DNA of 64,000 bases. Source: Leucoraja erinacea (lineage: Eukaryota). This document shows positions 25,712 through 39,359 of the stretch, in pieces; positions within the stretch are counted from its first letter, which is position 1; each line of letters opens with the position of its first letter. The stretch is taken from the NCBI RefSeq assembly GCF_028641065.1, contig NC_073381.1, forward strand, positions 9,920,001 through 9,984,000, given 5' to 3'. The position numbers were made by a program, and so were the translations under genes. The notes under the pieces were generated by a model that did not search any database, was not told where the DNA came from, and saw only the letters and a program-made list of their open reading frames with translations.

Positions 25712-25835
25712 ACCAAACAGTGAAATCATGGAACAAACATTCCCAAAACGAAATCTCAAAAAGTTCAAGCCTTATTATATATAGTATAGAATATAGTGTA
25801 ACTTCATCTCTTGGTGGCCTCTGACAATTACTTAC

Positions 25836-26111
25836 ATCAATGGGAATCTCATCACTGACACGCAGACCAATTGCAGTCTTCCCCTGAACATCAATGTTCT
25901 CCAGCTCTTCACTTCGTTTGCTGTCGACCAATTCACAGTCCTTGTAAAGTGACACCAACCCAGATTTCACGTTAATTGCCAGCTTGTGCCACTGCCTATC
26001 AAACAGAGGGAACAGTTCTCGCTTCCTGAACGTGACGTGCATGACATTTCCAGAGAGGGTTTTAGCACTGTACTCCACTGACTTCCGACTTCCATCAACA
26101 ACGATAGAGAC
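25836..26111 (-). CDS. COL19A1: COL19A1-like exon (276 nt, phase 0-0): VSIVVDGSRKSVEY...RELFPLFDRQWHKLAI...SLYKDC...SDEIPID
   Basis: cttcttccttcag acceptor and gtaagt donor. SIVVDG, RELxPLFDRQWHKL and SLYxDC closely match collagen XIX. Confidence 0.95.
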
Positions 26112-27039
26112 CTGAAGGAAGAACAGAAGTGGACACACTGAGGACAAATCGCCATGCCAAGGAAAATTAACTGAGGGTGAATATTTACATCCACTGGCCA
26201 CCAATAACTGGGAAAGGGGGATTTTCGCCTAAACTAATTTGAATTTGATTTAGTTTATGTTAGGGTGAGTAGCCTTTAGTTTATTCAAACAATATTTTGC
26301 AGATAAACATAAGATCTTCACCTAATTGAATACAAAGAGCAGGAAGAAATCATACCAGCTTCCCAGAAGTGACCAGGTTGCCAGTCATAACTCAATCAGT
26401 AGCAGTCGCACCTCTGAGTCAGAAGATTTCAGGTTGAAATCTTGGAGGCTCAAGCACAGAAACCTAGGCTAACACTTTCAGCGAGGTATTAAGGGAATGG
26501 GCCATTTTCTCACTATGCCTTCTCTGCCATTCACTAACAGATCTTTATCCTCAGCACTTTCTTGTAGTGACCTGATATACTTGAATCTCTTAATATCTAA
26601 AAATCTATTGATCTCTGCTTTGAATATCTTCAACGATTAAGCCTTCACAATTCCCTTGCTTATAGAATTCCAAAGATACATATCCTCCGAATCAAATATT
26701 TTTTCCATAATCCTGAATGACTGACTCTTTATGTTAGTCAGTCCACGCTGGTATATTATCTCCAATACATTGTGTTCTAATCTTGGTTTGTTATCACCTT
26801 TCTAAATGTCTAAATGCAGCAGATCAATGAGTTTTCCATAAACTACTTAGCTAGTTACAAAATAGTCAAACATTTCAATAGATGTGTCAAACATGATTTT
26901 AGAGATACAAAATACTGAAATGCTGAAAAAAACTCAGCCGGTCATGAACCAATCAACGTTTTGGGCCAGCAACCCTAACTGAATGAGCGGTGGGTGTCAG
27001 AGTGGAAGAGTTTACCTTGTGCTTCCATCGGACAAAGGA

Positions 27040-27340
27040 GGAGGCATTCGGTGTTCACAAAATAGGCTACTCTACACTGGAGAAACCAAACTCAGATTGG
27101 GTGGCCACTTCACAGAGCATCTATGCTCAGTCTAATGGGGTGATCTTGAGTTTCCTGCAGCATGCCACTTTAGTTCTCAATCCCCCTCCCTTTCAGACCT
27201 GTCAGGGGCCTCCTCCACTTCTACTCTGAGGCCCAACGTAAATTAGAAGAAAAACGTCTAAAGTCTAAGCAACATCTTATCTTCTCTCTATGTACTTTTC
27301 AACCTTCTGGAATGAATATTAAATTATCCAACTAGTTAAA
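27040..27340 (+). mobile_element. Penelope-like GIY-YIG endonuclease relic
   Basis: Hand translation LYTGETKLRLGGHFTEHL, then degenerate QPSGMNI. Confidence 0.65.
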
Positions 27341-28329
27341 CTGGTCTTTCGTCATTTTATTTCTCACTCCATTTCTTTTAAATGCCAGTACTCTTGCTCC
27401 TTACCACCCGATCTGTTTTACCGATGTCCACTTGATCACGATCATATTGCTGATGGTGAGAACTTGCTGTGCAAAAACTGCTACTCCTGTCCTATTCATT
27501 TCTGTGAATGCGCTTCAAACAGTGATGTAAACTGTGTTGGGACAGAATGAGGATGTGTAGGCCATTCGAAAAATCCAGGTGTGTTTCATAATGATTAGCA
27601 CATTCTGGGCATAATTGGCAAGGACAGGACTGCATTAGTGGTATTGCCTGTTGATAGTCCTGGCAACAAGTGTTCTCTGTCTATGTATAAAAGAAAAAAC
27701 AATTGGCCACTGGGCTTCAAATAACTAGCAATTTGGCCGGGAAAATTTGGATCTAAACCATTTGTTCTAACTCACAAAGACCAAGATAAATTATAGTGTG
27801 CGTACATGCGTACATACTCCCCCATTCAAATGCCACTGCTTTACCTGAATGGTACGGTGCCTCCAAATACTTATCAATTTGCTTCACAATGTAAATTGTT
27901 GATGCACTTCAGCAAAGCAAATTCCCCTTTTGCAAATATTATACATATAATGTTGATCTTAAAATAAATTCTCCTCTTCCTTCCTATGTATTATTCCAGC
28001 CACATCCTTGAATTGACACCTTTTCGAGCTGGTCTACTGCCCTGATTCCCATCAGCGGCTGCAGAGGGATGAGGTTAAGTATCAAGGGCACTACCTATAT
28101 GATTTCCATCTCCATCCACATTCTTTTGCCATCATCTGAACGCTGTACTCTTTCTTTTTGCCAGTTCTAGCTGGTTACCAATACTTCACACTCAGACAAA
28201 TTCTGAGGAAAGTTCAGCAAGTGGCTTTTTAACCCATCAATTGTCTCCATAAATGCATGTTTCCAGCAAATTCAGGCACGATTTAAGATCTTGGAATCTG
28301 CTAAGACAACTTGACAGAATTATGCCTAC

Positions 28330-28453
28330 CTGCACATCACCCGACCGATCAGCAATCTTCAACAAGTGCCAGATCTCCTTTCTGCTGCCTCTCTTCAGGC
28401 GGAACATGGCAATAAATGAAAATTCTTCTGGTAACCCATTTGGAAAGATCTGC
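28330..28453 (-). CDS. COL19A1: COL19A1-like exon (124 nt, phase 2-0): QIFPNGLPEEFSFIAMFRLKRGSRKEIWHLLKIADRSGDVQ
   Basis: ttgttccag acceptor and CAG|gtaggc donor. IFPxGLPEExS..MFR motif of the collagen XIX TSPN domain. Confidence 0.92.
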
Positions 28454-28667
28454 CTGGAACAAATCACAATAAATCCATTGGCAATAGTTGATAATTCCAA
28501 ATAAACATGTGTTTCCTGCACACATGTATTGGGTGCCCAATTCATAGTATATTGGCTGTGTTTATTATGTAATGTCTAAGTCAACTGGAAATTTACAAAA
28601 TGGATACTGATAGACTTTTGTTGGTCAAGGGCAATAGAGCCTATGATGCCAATTACAGTGCTAATTA

Positions 28668-30662
28668 CAGTGCCCTCCATAGCGTTTGAGACAAAGACCC
28701 ATCATTTATTTATTTGCCTCTGTACTCCACAATTTAAGATTTGTAATAGAAACAAAACATGTGGTTAAAGTGCACATTGTCAAATTTTAAACAAAGTCAA
28801 TTTTTATACATTTTGGTTTCACCATGTAGAAATTACAGCAGTGTTTATACATAGTCCCCCCATTTCAGGGCACCATAATGTTTGGGACACAGCAATGTCA
28901 TGTAAATGAAAGTAGTCATGTTTAGTATTTTGTTGCATATCTTTTGCATGCAACGACTGCTTGAAGTCTGCGATTCATGGACATCACCAGTTGCTGAATG
29001 TCTTCTCTGGTGATGCTCTGCCAAGCATGTATTGCTGCCATCTTTAGCTTATTCTTGTTTTAAGTGCTAGTCCCCTTCAGTTTTATCTGCAGCATATAAA
29101 ATACATGTTCAATTGGGTTCAGGCGGGGTGATTGACTTGGCCATTCAAGAGTTCGCCATTTTTTTTCTTTGAAAAACTCTTTTGTTGCTTTAGCAGTATG
29201 TTTGGGATCATTGTTTTGCTGTAGAATGAACCACCGGCCAATGAGTTTTGAGGCATTTGTTTGAACTTGAGCAGATAGGATGTGTCCATACACTTCAGAA
29301 TTCATTATGCTACTACCATCAGCAGTTGTATCATCAACGAAGATAAGTGAACCAGTAACTTCAGCAGCCATACATGACCAGGTCATAACCCCCCGCACCA
29401 CCGTGTTTCACAGATGAGGTGGTATGCTTTGGGTCTTGAGCAGTTCCTTCTCTCCTCCATACTTTGTTCTTTCCATCACTGATACAAGTTAATCTTCATC
29501 TAATCTGTCCACAAGACTTTTCTCAAGAACTGTGGTTGCTCTTTTAAGTACTTCTTAGCAAACTGTAACCTGGCCATCCTATTTGAGGCTAACCAGTGGT
29601 TTGTATCTTGCAGTGTAGCCTCTGTATTTCTGTTCATGAAGTCTTCTGTGGACAGTGGTCATTGACAAATCCACACCTGACACCTGTAGAGTGTTTCTGA
29701 TCTGTCAAACAGGTTTTCGGGGATTTTGTTTATTACAGAGAGAATTCTTCTGTCATCATCAGCTGTGGAAGTCTTCCTTGGCCTGCCAGTCCATTTGTGA
29801 TTAGTAAGCTCACCAGTGCTCTCTTTCTTCTTAATGATAATAATAATAATAATAAATTTTATTTTTGGGCGCCTTTCAGAAATCTCAAGGACACCTTACA
29901 GAGATTAACAGGAATAAAAAACATATAATCAGAATAAAATAAATAATAAAGTCATCACAGAAACACAAATTAAAAACAGAATTCAGTCCAAAAACAAAAA
30001 ATCAAAAACACAATGTGAAAAGGGAGCAGCGGCAGCTAAAGCGCACCAGCGTCCACTCTCCCTTCCGACAGCCATCTTGGACAAAGACTAACAGGATTAC
30101 TTAGACAAAAAAAATCATCCCCCCACAATGGATACCACTGTGGGGGAAGGCACAATGTCCAGTCCCCAAACCCAAGTTCACCCAAAGTCAGGCCTATTGA
30201 GGCCACCGCAATTGCCTCTACGGAGGCCCGATGTTGCTGGCCGTTCTCACTGGGTGATCTTGCCTCGGTATCGGGAGAGTCCTCTCAGCGGCTGGGCCAC
30301 CTGGGACGGCCGCTTCCTAGCTGTTGATGTTCCAAACAGTTGATTTTGGTAAGCCTAAGGTTTAGCTGATGTATCTAACAGTTTTATTCGTGTTTCTCGT
30401 CTCCTAATGGCTTCTTTGACTGTCATTGCCACCTTTGGTCCTCATGTTGATAAACAGTAATAAAAGTTTCCAAAGGTGATGGAAGGACTGGAGGAAAGAC
30501 TAGATGCTGAGAGCTCTCTTGTACCTGCATTAAGGAAGCAATTAAACTCACCTGAGCAATTACAAGCACCTGTGAAGCCATGTGTCCCAAACATTATGGT
30601 GCCCTGAAATGGGAGGCTATGTACAAACACTGTTGTAAGTTCTGCATGGTGAAATCAAAATG
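28668..30662 (-). mobile_element. Tc1-like DNA transposon relic, long TIRs, right end truncated
   Basis: TA|CAGTGCCCTCCATA start; 28810-28890 is inverted at 30580-30662; transposase motifs LQQNNDPKHT and WPSQSPRLNPIEH (29060-29401). Confidence 0.9.
29835..30325 (-). mobile_element. Non-autonomous retroposon with L2-type (TTA)n tail, inserted in the Tc1
   Basis: Interrupts Tc1 ...cttaatgat|gttccaaac...; its 3' part matches 140-288. Confidence 0.7.
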
Positions 30663-31899
30663 GTGAAATTTTCCGTTTTTCATTCCACTGTAATGATTTT
30701 ATTAATAATAAAATTGTATTAATAATAAAATAATTATATTGGAATGAAAAACTGAAAATTTCAGGGGCAAATAGGTGACCATTCTAGGGAAGTTAAATAA
30801 TGAATAATACTTTCTGATATGTTTTATAATAAATGTTGTGAATAAATATTTTATGGGCCTATTCATTTCTTTGCCTGTTTGATTACAGATGACAGGTGCC
30901 ATCATATTCTCACACAGAGCAGTTGACACCTATGCAGGAAAAAGAGTGCCGTTGATAGCAGCGTTGTGCTCTGGTAGTTTTTGTTAGTTTCCTTTTACAT
31001 GGGATGATTTTACAATCATATGGTCCCAGTAGGGGTCTGTGTTCTGAACAAGAATTAGGGCAACTGTTTGCTCTTCCCACCATTCTCCCTGTAAGGCCAA
31101 GTTCCCTTTTGCAGCTGTGGGAACATGAATCAAATGTTCATTACATGGTGTTTCTTAAAGAACCATCCTTTAAATAGACCACACAGAAGTTGCAAATGTA
31201 TCATCTTCTACTATATTGTTTGAATTGCTTTTAAATCTTCACATTGACTTGCACAAATTGACTAAAATATAAATTAGCCTTGGGCAACAGAAATCTAGCA
31301 GCCAGCATTACCTTTCGAGGCAAGCTTACACTTTTTACACTTCTCATGCTCAAGAATATTTTATAAAAATTATACAATTCTTCATGATTCCCTGATATTT
31401 GACCCACAAAATGAGCATAAACTAGAGTTTAAAAACATGAAAACTTGAAGCATGAATCAAACATGGTTCTGCCATGATGGCAGTTGCGATACCTCAAGGC
31501 AAGTGATATTGGCAAATTATTCACTCTACAAGTTCATCACCTAATGAGAAAGGACATCAATAAAACTAATGCTGGCTAATATAGGTCAAAAGACAATGTC
31601 AAGTTAGAAGAAACTAGGTTACTCTTCCACCAACAGATAAAAGATATCTTTCTGATATTTTCTCAATATACTCCAGCATTCAAATTAGCAAAGGTGTTGA
31701 CAATCTCACCTTATTGCTTTCAAACCCAACTATATATAAATATAAAAAATCAATTATAGATGCAGCAAAAATCACAAATTAATACCAAAAAAGTTCATTT
31801 TCATGATCTTATGATTTGCTTTTTGGCCTTGATATTGATTACAGAAATCAAATTATATGTATAATTTTACCAAATAACCAACATAATTAATCGTTGCAA

Positions 31900-34400
31900 A
31901 GTTCATTTTTTCAGAACAAGAGAGTTGATGAGGAAAACGTTGACTTAAGGACAGTGGAAGTCGTATCAGGTAGTAGCATTTTTCTGAAGAAGGCACTAGT
32001 TTTAAAGGTATTTCCCTCAGAACAGTTACGATGGAGCCAAGAAACTCTAAAAATTGAATGGTACCTTTTCAGGATGCAAGGTGGGAAGAGGTGCAGTCAA
32101 GGTAGCAGTGATTGGTGGGCTTGTAAAAGAAGATGGCTGCTCAGCTGTCTCCTGAGATGGAGGTAGCAAATTCAAGAAAAATAAAGGCTGAATCAGATAT
32201 GGATCATGTAGAAGTGAAGAGGGAATTTATAGAAAAACTGTTAAGATTTTTGAGGTCTTTTCAAGAGAAGAAAGCAGAACTAATACCAAGATCATTATAC
32301 AGAATAAAGAAGCGAGTGCGGGGCCTGAGTGGAACTGAAATACTGACTGATACATGTATTCCAGAAATAAAATGGCATAATTTTGAATTGGTCTCGATGA
32401 AGGGTTTTTGACTGAAAACATCTACTCTTTATTTCCCTCCACAGATGCTACATGACCGGCATCTACAATCTCTTGTGCCTCCATAACCAAGACCCAGGGA
32501 AGTTTCAATAGCTATGCATTTGATCTGAGTGGAGGTCAATGTGGGAATGAGTTTCGCCATGCAAAGATAGAACGGCGATGCAAGAAGAGGTCAGGCAAAA
32601 GGTTAAAAGGGTCACAGCTTAAGGATAAGGGGGGAATCCTTTAAAACCGAGATGAGGAGAACTTTTTTCACACAGAGAGTGGTGAATCTCTGGAACTCTC
32701 TGCCACAGAGGGTAGTTGAGCCAGTTCATTGGCTATATTTAAGAGGGGTTAATGGCCCTTGTAGGGGCACAGAGGGTGGAGAGAAGGCAGGTACTACTGA
32801 TATGATCACCTGATCTGAATGGCTTCACGAAGCGAACCTAGTGCACCTAATTTCTATGTTTCTATGGATTAGCACAGTGGCCAGCTAATAGACCTGCTGC
32901 TTCACAGCACCAGTGAACGGGATTCAATCCTGTTTCTTTGAGGTGCTCTTGCTTTCTTCTGCATTCAAAAGATGAGTAGGGTGGTTGGTTAATTGGGCAC
33001 TGCAAACTGTCCCTAACATATGTGAGTGGTGGAATCTGGAGGTAGAGGTGATTGGATTGTGAGAATAAAACAGGATTAGGGATGAATGGATGGTAGATGG
33101 TAAGTACAGATTCAGTGGGTCAAATAGTCTGGCTCTATGATTCTCAGGGCATTTCTGGTGCAAAATAGAGGTGCTGAGGGATTGTACATCAGTGGCAAAA
33201 ATGAGCAGGCTGGGTAGAAATTGACTAGATTTTTTAAGGATGGAGGAGAAAGAATAGAATTGAGACAGGAAAAACTAAGTTCAACATGGTAAAAACAGGC
33301 TGAAATCATGTGCCGATTCGGACTGTCCTGCTTGTGGATCTTGGAGAGAAGGTGGAAGTGTGTGGTTGGTGTAGAAGGCTGCAGGATCTAAATGGATGCT
33401 ATCTAATGGAGTTGTGGTCAATGACTGGGTACAATGGTCTGTTCTTCACTGCTTGGGCCGTGGTCCAGAGGGAAGAATGAATAGATGGCACTAAGCTGAC
33501 TTTCAACCTCTACAAGCTATGGGTTTATTTGGCCAGCAATAATAAAAGTTTTCTCATCAGCAGTTGTGATGAAATGTTAGGGTGGGTCCTCAGTGAGTGG
33601 GTGACAATTAAACAAGTAGGAACAGTGGAAATAATGGAGGTTGTCAATGATATATTAGCAGTTAAGAATGGAACAATCTAGAGAGGGTAAGGAGTCAGAA
33701 AGGTTCCGATGAATTAGGAATTTTAGAGACGAGAAAAAGTGTCCACAATCTGGAATGTGCTGAACACTCCAGGCTAAAAATTTAGGCACAGAAATGAAAG
33801 CAGCAGAAAAAAAGTTCAACATTATACCTTGCTTGGAACTCTTTACGATGGGAGTGATATAAGGATTAAATCTCTGCTAATTAATGATCACTCTAAATGA
33901 GCAAAGGAAAGGTCTGAAGAGAAAGTAGAGAGCATTAGCTGCTCAAATGCTGATGACATCACCAAAGCCAGGTGGGACTAGAAGGGAGGAATGGGCTCAG
34001 AGGAACTGGAGCTTGCTACGTATACTTTAGGTGCTGGAGCAGGAAATATATATCATTGAGGGATGGTGTCATTGAAATATATGCATTGTCCTTGATGAGT
34101 TTCAGTGAAACATATTATTCCTTGAACATGCTGGGTAGACATGACTTCCTGCAACGAGTTCTGCTGATGATCCTATATCTTCCTTTGCCAGTCGTTGACT
34201 CTGCCCTCTCTGGCCGCTGCTTATTCTACACTTCAAGGAAATGCATTCTCTAGCAGCGATATCTGGGAACAACTGGTTTGTGCGGAAGCCTTGAAATCTG
34301 AACAGTCCTCCAGCACCTGCCACACTGGTCCCTGTAGACTTTAGCAACTTTAAATGACTTTAGAAAGTTCCAAGCGTTTGATCTTCAGTAGCCATTGCCA
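31900..34400 (-). mobile_element. Old Penelope-like element debris with CR1 (32608-32866, +) and V-SINE (32870-33140, +) insertions
   Basis: Weak resemblance to the PLE pieces at 6955-9100 and a degenerate hammerhead-type terminus near 32400; the CR1 tail and SINE are recognisable. Confidence 0.4.
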
Positions 34401-34709
34401 GAAATCTTCAATCAGCAACAACCTGCATGTTGATGCTGGTGGGGAATACTTTCTGCCACTGAACGTGCGAAAGTTAAGACAGGGTGTTAGGTGGATAGTA
34501 AGCACCTAACTGGCAATGTTGGCAACAAATCAGTCCGCATATTAACCTGCAATGAGATCTGTCTACTCCGTGCACTTTGGAAGACCGTTCACATGCGTAT
34601 GACCACACCAATATTTTGGCTGAACACGCATCACAACTACACATGTGAATTAAAACCAATTTGTATTCACTGTGGCCAATATATTCAAAGGTTTCTCAAA
34701 ATACTAAAA

Positions 34710-35950
34710 CTTTTCAAGAAAGGAGCGAGAGAGAAAACGGGGAATTACAGACCAGTTAGCCTGATTTTGGTGGTGGGAAAGATGCTAGATTCAATTATTA
34801 AAGAGGTAATAATGGGACACTTGGATAGCAGTAAAAGTTAGTCCAAGTCAGCATGGATTTATGAAAGGGAAATCATGCTTGACTAATCTTCTGGAATTTT
34901 CTGAGGATGTGACAAGTAAAATGGATGAAGGGGAGCAGTGGATGTAGTGTTTCTAGACTTTCAGAGCTCATGGTATTGGGGGTAGAGTGTTGACGTGGAT
35001 AGAAAATGGCAACCAGGAAGCAAAGACTAGGAGTGAACGGGTCATTTTCAGAATGCAGTGGCAAGTGGAGTGCCTCAAGGCTCGGTGTTGGGGCCGCAAC
35101 TGTTTACCATATATATTAATGATTTGGAAGAGGGAATTAGGAGCAACACTAGCAAGTTTGCAGATGACACAAAGCAGGGTGGCAGTGTGAACTGTGAAGA
35201 GGATGTTAGGAGGTTGCAGGGTGACCTGGACAGATTGAGTGAATGGGCAGATGCAGTATAATATAGATAAATGTGAGGTTATCCACTTTGGCAGCAAAAA
35301 CAAGGGGGCAGATTATTATCTCAATGGGGTTAAGTTAGGTAAGGGGGAGATACAGAGAGACCTGTGTGTCCTTGTACACAAGTCACTGAAAGTTGGTGTG
35401 CAGATACAGCAGGCAGTGAAGAAAGCTAATGGAATGTTGGCCTTCATAACAAGAGGATTTCAGTATAGGAGTAAAGATGTTCTTCTGGCAGTTGTATAGG
35501 GCTCTGATAAGACCACATCTGTATTGTGTACAGTTTTGGTCTAATTTGAGGAAGGACATCCTTGTGATTGAGGCAGTGCAGCGTAGGTTCACGAGATTGA
35601 TCCCTGGGATGGCAGGACTATCATACGAGGAAAGATTGAGGCAGTGCAGCGTAGGTTGTATTCACTGGAGTTTGATCCCTGAGGGGATGGCTTATAGGAA
35701 ACATATCAATTATACGTTACACAAAAAAGCTGGAGAAACTCAAAGATTGAAAAGATTAGGGTTGTATTCACTGGAGTTTAGAAGGGTGAGGGGATATTTT
35801 ATAGAAACATACCCTCAATTATAAAAGGACTGGACAAGCTAGATGCAGGAAAAAATTTCCCAATGTTGAGCGAGTCCAGAACCAGGGGCCACAGTCTTAG
35901 AATAAAGGGGAGGCCATTTAAGACGGAGGTGAGAAAAAAACTTTTACTTA
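34710..35950 (+). mobile_element. CR1 LINE RT region, many small deletions
   Basis: [30 protein letters not shown] motifs. Confidence 0.9.
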
Positions 35951-36459
35951 AAACTCATCTTTACTCTCAAGCCTTTCTTGATGTCCTCTGAGGGCTACAT
36001 GGGCTATTTATGTGTGTACTTAATCTATGAACCACTGCTGTATAACGTTAATACCTCCACCAATGTAAAGCACTTTGGTCAACAAGAGTTGTTTTTTAAA
36101 TGTGCAAAAGAAATAAAAGTGACGTGTCTTGGCTGGAATTGGATGGATTTAAGAGAGGCGCTGGCTCGAAGGGCCGAATAGCCTCCTCCTGCACCTATTT
36201 TTTAAACTTTGTGCAAAAACAGAAATAAAAGGATAAGGAACGCTTGCTCCACTGTAAATAATGACTGGTCAATTGGATGGATTGCAGAGTGTCCAATGCG
36301 TCAAGCTTGCTTGATCATGGCCTCTCCAATTTTGGTTTCAATACCACATTTCTGCTCTCACTTTCTTGAACACTGCACCTTGCACTACAGCACTTTTGGT
36401 TACGGAATTTGCCCTTGCGGAACTCGCAAATCACTACCAAAAGGTTTGGGGTGACAAAA

Positions 36460-36610
36460 GTGCTCAGTGAGTGCAGCAGCATCTATGAAGCGAAGGAAAT
36501 AGGCAACGTTTCAGGCCGAAACCCTTCTTCAGTCTGAAGAAGGGTTTCGGCCCGAAACGTTGCCTATCTTTTGCCTACCTTCCATTTTCCAGCATCTGCA
36601 GCTCCTTCTT
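36460..36610. repeat. Head-to-head Penelope-derived repeat with hammerhead ribozyme cores on both strands
   Basis: Palindrome 36499-36567 containing CTGAAGA-AGGG-TTTCGG-CCC-GAAA-CGTT. Confidence 0.75.
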
Positions 36611-38284
36611 AAAAACATTTTTACAGGATGTATGAGAGAAAAAAAAACAACTGCTGCAAAGTATAAGAAGTGAAAAAAACAATTGTTTGTTGATTTAAGT
36701 CAAGGGTTTGCATTACGGAAAATTACAATATGGGCGATTTTCTCGGAACATAACCCTTATAATGGCTGTGGTCGATAGAAAAGTTCAGTCACTTTCTTAT
36801 TCAAATGCTCTTGATTCTCAGCTTTATCTGAAAGTACAGCTGCTTCCACATGTATGTTGACAACATCAACTTTACCCACTTGCCCCCATCACTGCCCTTG
36901 ACTTTTGCCCTGCAGTTTAAATATGTTTCATGCGATGCTTTGTATGTATTTAATAGCTGATTCCACAGCTCTGAAGGATTGAGCATTCCAAAGCATCTGT
37001 GAAAAGATATTCCTCCTCAACTCCAAGTAAGAGAACTTCCCATTTTCTGAAACAATGCTAGATAAACCCACTAAAGGTAACATTCTCTTAGCATCAAGCT
37101 GGAATGAACCCCTTTCAGAATTTCATAAATTTCAATAAGAACGCTCCTTGTTTTCTAAACCCCAATGTGTGTCCTAGCTGTTCAAACTGTCTTCATATGT
37201 CAATCCCTTTATCCCAATAATTAAACTAGTGAATCTTCATTGCACTGTATCAATAAGCATCACATCTCTCCTTCCCGGTGCTCAGAAATAACTTTCAAAA
37301 TCTGGAGGATAAGACTAAGTACATGCAGTGACCAGCAGTCAATTAAATCCAAACCAAACATAAGTTTTTAAATTGATAATTTCCTCAAACAGTGTAGGTT
37401 TGCTCTTCTCCCATTGTACCTATACCTCTGGTGTTGGCCAGTGATCAGTTCAATGCCCGTCACTTTCTAATTCAAATCCTCGTCATTCTCCACTTCATCT
37501 GACAACACAGCTGTTTCCCCATTCATGCTGTAAACATCAGTTTTACCCACCTGTCCCCACCACTTCACTTAACTTTTGCCCTCTCTCTAAATTCTCGGAA
37601 TGCTTACCCAACATCCAGCATTGAACAGGCAGAAATTTCATCCAAATAAATATTGACAACCATCTAAAACTGAAGCAGATGGTTTGCAACCTTGATGACA
37701 TATCCAAACCGGTTGAGTTTTCCAGCACACAATCATGACGTCTCAAATAAAGAATCATAAAGTACATAGCACAGGACCGTTTTTTTCAGCCCACCTTGTC
37801 CATGCTGATTGTGATGCCTTCATTGGCTGATTGGACCCATCTACTCCTTAGTTTGTTTAATGAAACATCCATCCATAAGTCTGCTTGCTTAGTTCTATTT
37901 TCTATAAACAAGGCAACCTAAAACTCAGCTGCCCATGGTCCAACATTCATCCGATCCCATTCACCCATCATTCCTTTGCTTGCTAACCTGCACTGGCTCC
38001 AGCTAAGCAATGCTTTGATTTCAATCCATTATCCTTATTTTGAGAGTACTGAATGGTTTTTTACCTCCCTATTAGTGTGATCTTCTCCTTTCATAAAACC
38101 CTGCAGGCTTCATGCATTCTTCCATTCTAGACCCTTGATCAACCCTGATATGCTGCACTACTCTGGGCCCCGGTAACCGAGGCAACATGCACAGGATTTC
38201 CCTTTCTAAGCCTCCAGTCCTCTTCCCCTTTTTAAATCCACCTCTTTGGCCATCCTTTTGGTTATCAATTATATTATTCACTTA

Positions 38285-38432
38285 GGTAGACACAAAATGC
38301 TGGAGTAACTCAGTGGGTCAGGCAGCATCTCTAGAGAGCAGGAATGGGTGACGTTTCGGGTTGAGACCCTTCTTCAGACTGCTTTCACAGCCACTTTTGA
38401 TTTAAACCAGCATCTGCCATTCTTTCCTACAC
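38285..38432 (-). ncRNA. Penelope-derived repeat with intact minimal hammerhead ribozyme core (38346-38380)
   Basis: Minus strand reads agt-CTGAAGA-AGGGTCTCAACCC-GAAA-CGTC-accc, matching the CUGANGA/GAAA/UH core of PLE-type minimal hammerheads. Activity unproven. Confidence 0.55.
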
Positions 38433-39359
38433 ATATTACTCACTTAGATTCCTCAGATTTGTATTAATAAATTTCCTGTACCATAACATCTGAGAAGAAC
38501 TTTTTTCACACATATTTTCATGTTAAACACCTATACGAATGGTAGATTATGCTTTTGTTGTTTATGGCTTAGGCACAGATCAGTCTTCACAGTTGGCAGG
38601 CATAGAATTATGAAGGTCAGGCTGATGTCCTAGTCATGTTTATGCCTTCTTAAGTCTATCTTCCATTCTGTCATTATTCCATGTGCTGTTAGCTTGGGAC
38701 AGATTGTCTTCCAGGATAAAGGTTGATAATAAATCGGGTAAATTCGTATGAACATTGGGGGGGTTATACACATTGGAATGAACATCATCATTTTATTTTT
38801 TAATTTGACAGCTACAGGGAAGGTGATGACTTGATCCTGCTTAATTCTGCTGAAAAATATTTTAAGCTCTACCCTTCTTAGACTTGTGCGGCTCCCTCCA
38901 TCCTTTAGATTTTCTGCCTCAAAACCTTATTTTGCTCTCTCTAGAGCTCTTGTGCCTTTGAATTAACTGTGATTAATTGAAAGCCTCCATTTGAAATAGC
39001 AATGCACTTAGTACAATTTTCCAATCACAATGAAATAGTTTCTCAACAAGTTCATGATTTATATATTTTATTTTCATATAGAGTGCAGAGCTTCAAGATA
39101 GTGATAATGTGGATTTAATGACAGTTTTATGTTCTACACTGAATGGGCAGTGCAAGCAGGCATTGAGGCTGACTACAACCTTCTGTTGCAAAGATTTGTT
39201 GCTTTCACAGCTTCTTTAGTTGACCACGGGGTCACATTTGTTGACCACGGTGGGTCAGTTTATGATTAATTAAAATTAATTGGGCTAAACTCCCAAAGCT
39301 TTCACGTACACCTGTTGGCAGAGCAAGAATGACTTGGTTCCCTCGAGTACCATAACATC

